Part shown: piece by piece, positions 60,291 to 64,000 of the stretch
Position numbering within the stretch: position 1 is the stretch's first letter
Layout of the letters: each line of letters opens with the position of its first letter
Assembly: GCF_001194135.2 (NCBI RefSeq)
Contig: NC_068993.1
Location: 55,604,180-55,668,179 of the forward strand
Reading direction: 5' to 3'
Source of the DNA: Octopus bimaculoides
Lineage: Eukaryota
Length of the DNA: 64,000 nt
Notes under the pieces: model-generated
What the model was told of the DNA's origin: nothing
What the model saw: only the letters and a program-made list of their open reading frames with translations
Databases searched by the model: none
Made by a program: the position numbers and the translations under genes

Positions 60291-60714
60291 TTCTATTATA
60301 GCTCTGAGCTGATATACACCTTGTAAGTGAATTTAGCTGACAGAAACCATGTGGAAGCCTTTCGTATATGTCTGAATATATATGTGTGTGTCCTTCCACC
60401 GCTTAACATCTGGTGTTGATTTGTTCCTATCTCTTTTACTAAGTGGTTCAGCATAAAGACAAACAGAATAAATACCAGATTTGGAAAAGTGTCAGAGTTG
60501 ATTTGTTTGACTAAATCCTTTCGAGGCAGTGCCCCAGCATGGCCAGAGAATAATGACTGAAAACCAGTTAGAGATAAGATATTTAAAAAAAAATAATTTC
60601 TTTTTATATAGTTGCAGCTTAGAGCTGCGGCCATGCTGATGCACAATTTTTTCTCATAATATTTAGTTATTTTTTAATCATCAACACTAGTTTTAGAAAC
60701 GACCAAAATATTCT

Positions 60715-60920
60715 TTTCTACTCAAGACACAAGGCCCAGATTTTTTGAAGAGCAGGCCAGTTAATTAGATTGACTCTAGTACACAACTGGTACTTATCGA
60801 CCCCGAAAGGACGAAAGGCAAAGTCGACCTCAGCAGAATTTGAACTCAAAATGTAAAGACAGACAAGATACTGCCTATCATTTTACCAGGCATGCTAACG
60901 TTTCTGCCAGCTCACCACCT
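60715..60920 (-). mobile_element. SINE family A
   Basis: Reverse complement of the consensus. Confidence 0.75.
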
Positions 60921-61021
60921 TACAGCAAAGATGGTTTTGGAGATATTCTCTGGCTTGCCAGTTCCTGTCAAACTGTCCAAGTGATGCTAACATGGAAAAA
61001 TGAATGTCAATTGACGATACA

Positions 61022-61368
61022 GGTATGGCTGTGTGGTTAGAAGTTTGCTTCCCAACTGCATGGCTCCAGATTCAATCCCACAGTGTGGCACCTTGGATAC
61101 ATGTCGTCTATAGCCTCAAGCTGACCAAAGCCTTGTGAGTAGATGTGGTAGATGGAAACTGAAAGAAGCCCATCATATATATGTATGTGTCTGTGTTTGT
61201 TCCCACTCGACCACTGGTGTTGGTGTGTTTATATCCCCGTAACTTAGTGGTGTGGCAAAAAACACTGATATAAGAGTCAGGCTTATACAAAAAATAAGTG
61301 CTGGGGTTGATTTAGTCGACTAAAATTCAAGATGGTGACCCAGTATGGCCATAGTTTGATGACTGAAA
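61022..61368 (+). mobile_element. SINE family B, near full length
   Basis: Head, core, (TA/TG) spacer and 3' CCAGTATGGCC...ATGACTGAAA tail. Confidence 0.82.
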
Positions 61369-63547
61369 GAAAGGAATATTACATACACTCACCTTTATTT
61401 ATATATAATGTGTGTATGTACATAACAGACAACAAAACTACCAGAGAAAAGAGTAAACTGTTTTTTATTTGTTAAAATGTCTTTGTTTAGTTGGTTTTTG
61501 TGTAGAGGTTAGATGGGGGGGGGGGGAGAATAATGATTTACATTAAATCACTGTAACATACAAAAAAGAGAACTTAAAATACACAACTGAAGACATTTTA
61601 CTGAGGGGTGGGTGGTAGGTGGTGTCTTAGTAAAGTGGGGGGACAGACATGTATGTATAAAATGTGAAAAAGTGAAAGAAATTGTTTTTTTGTTAAAAAG
61701 AGAATATTTAAGACTTGGATTAATTGAAATGTATTTTAATATGTAATATGTAAAACTATTAACATTACAGACATCAATGCTGGCATCATAAAACCAAAAA
61801 AAAATTTTTACCAGCAATCTAAGGCCCACAGTCACTGGTATATTATGAATTATGAACTGGTTTGAAACCAGTCACTGACAAATGTTTAGTATTTTAGTCA
61901 CAAGTAAAGGAGGTAGTGAGTCTTCAGAAACGTAGACTATACTCTAATTTGGATACAATGATAGAATATTCTAGGATTTAACTAAGGCAGTAAACAAATC
62001 TTTTAGCTTGTTGTCTAGTACTGCCATTTACAACGGCGAAAAGCAAAGTCTAATTAGATTGTGTCTAGATCTGCCAAAGGCATATTAAATTGATAGAAAC
62101 ATTTACAATATATGAATATATCAAACACTTGTAGTTCATTTAGGGGGAGGAAAAAAAGTCCCCACAATAACAAAACATTTGATCACATTGGAGTTTATTT
62201 GAATAGGAGAAGGAAAAAAAGCTGTGATGGTGTTTAAGTTCTTAATCCTAAATACTTCTGATACATCAATAATGTCTTAAAATATTCATCATAGTGTTCA
62301 CTAGTGTTGTTTTTTTTAATTATTAAGCATATATATTTGTTTTGTGTTTGTGTGTGGACATATATGTATAATTTGCACATGTCTGTAAGTCTATTTTAAT
62401 TATATAATTTATGAGTGTACATGTGTTTCCATGGGAAACAAATTGTCAGTAATATTCTGAAGGACTTTCATCCATAGACAGAAGGACAACAACTAAATGG
62501 TGAAGAATATCCTGATGACTTAAAATCTTTGTCAATTTTCATTTGTTGAACATTTTCACTCAGATTACAAATGTCAGTAGGAAGTGTTCATATTTGCATT
62601 GGATATAGTGAGATCAGGTTTGTTAATAAGTCCAGGTAATGGCAAACAGTGTGTGTAAGTGTGTGTGTGGTGTTAAGATAATTATTCTGACAACCCAACA
62701 GAGTTCCTGTTTTGTATAACACAAGAGGAGGGACTAATTGGTACACATCCACTACAGTAATTATTAAATAGGAATCATAAAATATAACCGACAAGATATG
62801 TTTAATTTTCAAGAAAAAGAAGAGGAGGAACATTTAAAATATAAATATGACTGTTTTTTAAGAAAAAAAAAAAANNNNNNNNNNAAAAAAAAAAAAAAGG
62901 AATAAAGAGGTTTCTATGTAAACCTGGAATAAAATCAGAGATTACAAGGTTTTTACGAGAAGGGGTAGGGATCTTTTTATGATTTTTTTTCCTTACAGGA
63001 AGAAGCAAAGAAGAATTCTGATAGCTTGAAAATACAGTGAACCTACTTGAGAAACTATATTTTTATCATACATACCACTACCTGGTATTCTACAATATCT
63101 AAAGACAGCCAAGTTGAAACTAATTCATTGTGATCCCACTGATGGATCATCTACAGAAATGGTACACTGAAGTAGCTGAATATTACTTCACCAGGAAAAC
63201 ATGAAAGCTAGTTCAGTTAAATATAGCAGGATCAATAACCAGTTGTTAGAACTAAGCTCCAGTGATGAGGTAGGATGGATTCACTGATATCCTCACCTCC
63301 AGACTCGTATAAGAACTAGACGGTAAGTACAGATTTACCATAATACAAAATTTAATGAATGGTTCACAGTAGAACAGGAATTATATAATCGCATTCATTG
63401 GCTTACAGCTGTTTTTGCTATAAGGAACTGTACATCCAAAGGAGAACTGAGTAACAATGTGACATGGCTTCATCAGAGATTCTTATAGTAGAAATCACTA
63501 AGCCAATGAATGTGATTATGTCACTTCTATTCTTTTGTCATTCATTT

Positions 63548-63599
<52 letters not shown>

Positions 63600-64000
63600 C
63601 AAGAGAGAGAGATAGAAATAAGTAATCCCGCCTGTAATCTTTACTGTGGCTTCAGCCCACATTTAAAGACTTAAAGAAAGGTATTGGAATCTCAATATCT
63701 GGCAAGTTTGTTCCTTTAACTGCATCAAATTAATTAGAAAAAACATTGGAGCAAATAATTCTTCATCATTTCTAGAAATCAAACATATCAAAAATGAATT
63801 GTTTTCCAAAGACAATGTATAAATAACTGTTGAAATTACATTTAATTAGTTGGTTTAATATCTTTAAAAAATGTAGTCTTAATTATGTAGTAAATACTCT
63901 GTTACTATTCCAGATACCAAAATACCTTGATTGATTGGGAAACAACTTCTGAACAGTTTTGAGTTAGTTTTGGTCAATAGAAATTATTTTTTAAAAAATG

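Noticed and set aside
63075-63150. Minus-strand peptide IHQWDHNELVSTWLSLDIVEY resembling a SAM-domain start
   Set aside because: Motif spacing is off, and joining it to the next candidate exon needs an implausible intron of about 33 nt.
63266-63299. TGAGGTAG (let-7 seed) at the start of a hairpin
   Set aside because: The stem is only about 11 bp with no 22-nt duplex, and the rest does not match let-7.

Overview
AT-rich, repeat-dense animal genomic DNA with assembly gaps. It is most likely an octopus or other coleoid cephalopod, which is an inference from the SINE/MITE families and the microsatellite load. Two plus-strand protein-coding genes can be rebuilt exon by exon. (1) 1-37204: the Brahma/BRG1 (SMARCA2/4) SWI/SNF ATPase, 32 coding exons in the window with the 5' end outside it. 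It carries QLQ, HSA, BRK, SNF2 ATPase/helicase, SnAC, AT-hook and bromodomain, and every junction is phase-consistent. One intron has a GC donor with two competing in-frame GT donors just downstream. (2) 45838-58522: a 110-aa FKBP12-type prolyl isomerase with 6 coding exons. Its last intron is a minor-spliceosome (U12-type) AT-AC intron, it has a 23-nt micro-exon, and it carries unusual substitutions (G12C, G28A, E54F). Introns and intergenic DNA hold at least three tRNA-type SINE families, RTE LINE fragments and tails, Penelope RT fragments, a CRE/RLE-type retrotransposon fragment, and mariner-, piggyBac-, hAT-, Helentron- and Merlin-like non-autonomous elements. Two sites contain hammerhead-ribozyme core words. 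There are no prokaryotic features, CRISPR arrays, rRNA or convincing tRNA genes. All comparisons with human gene structure are from memory and need checking.
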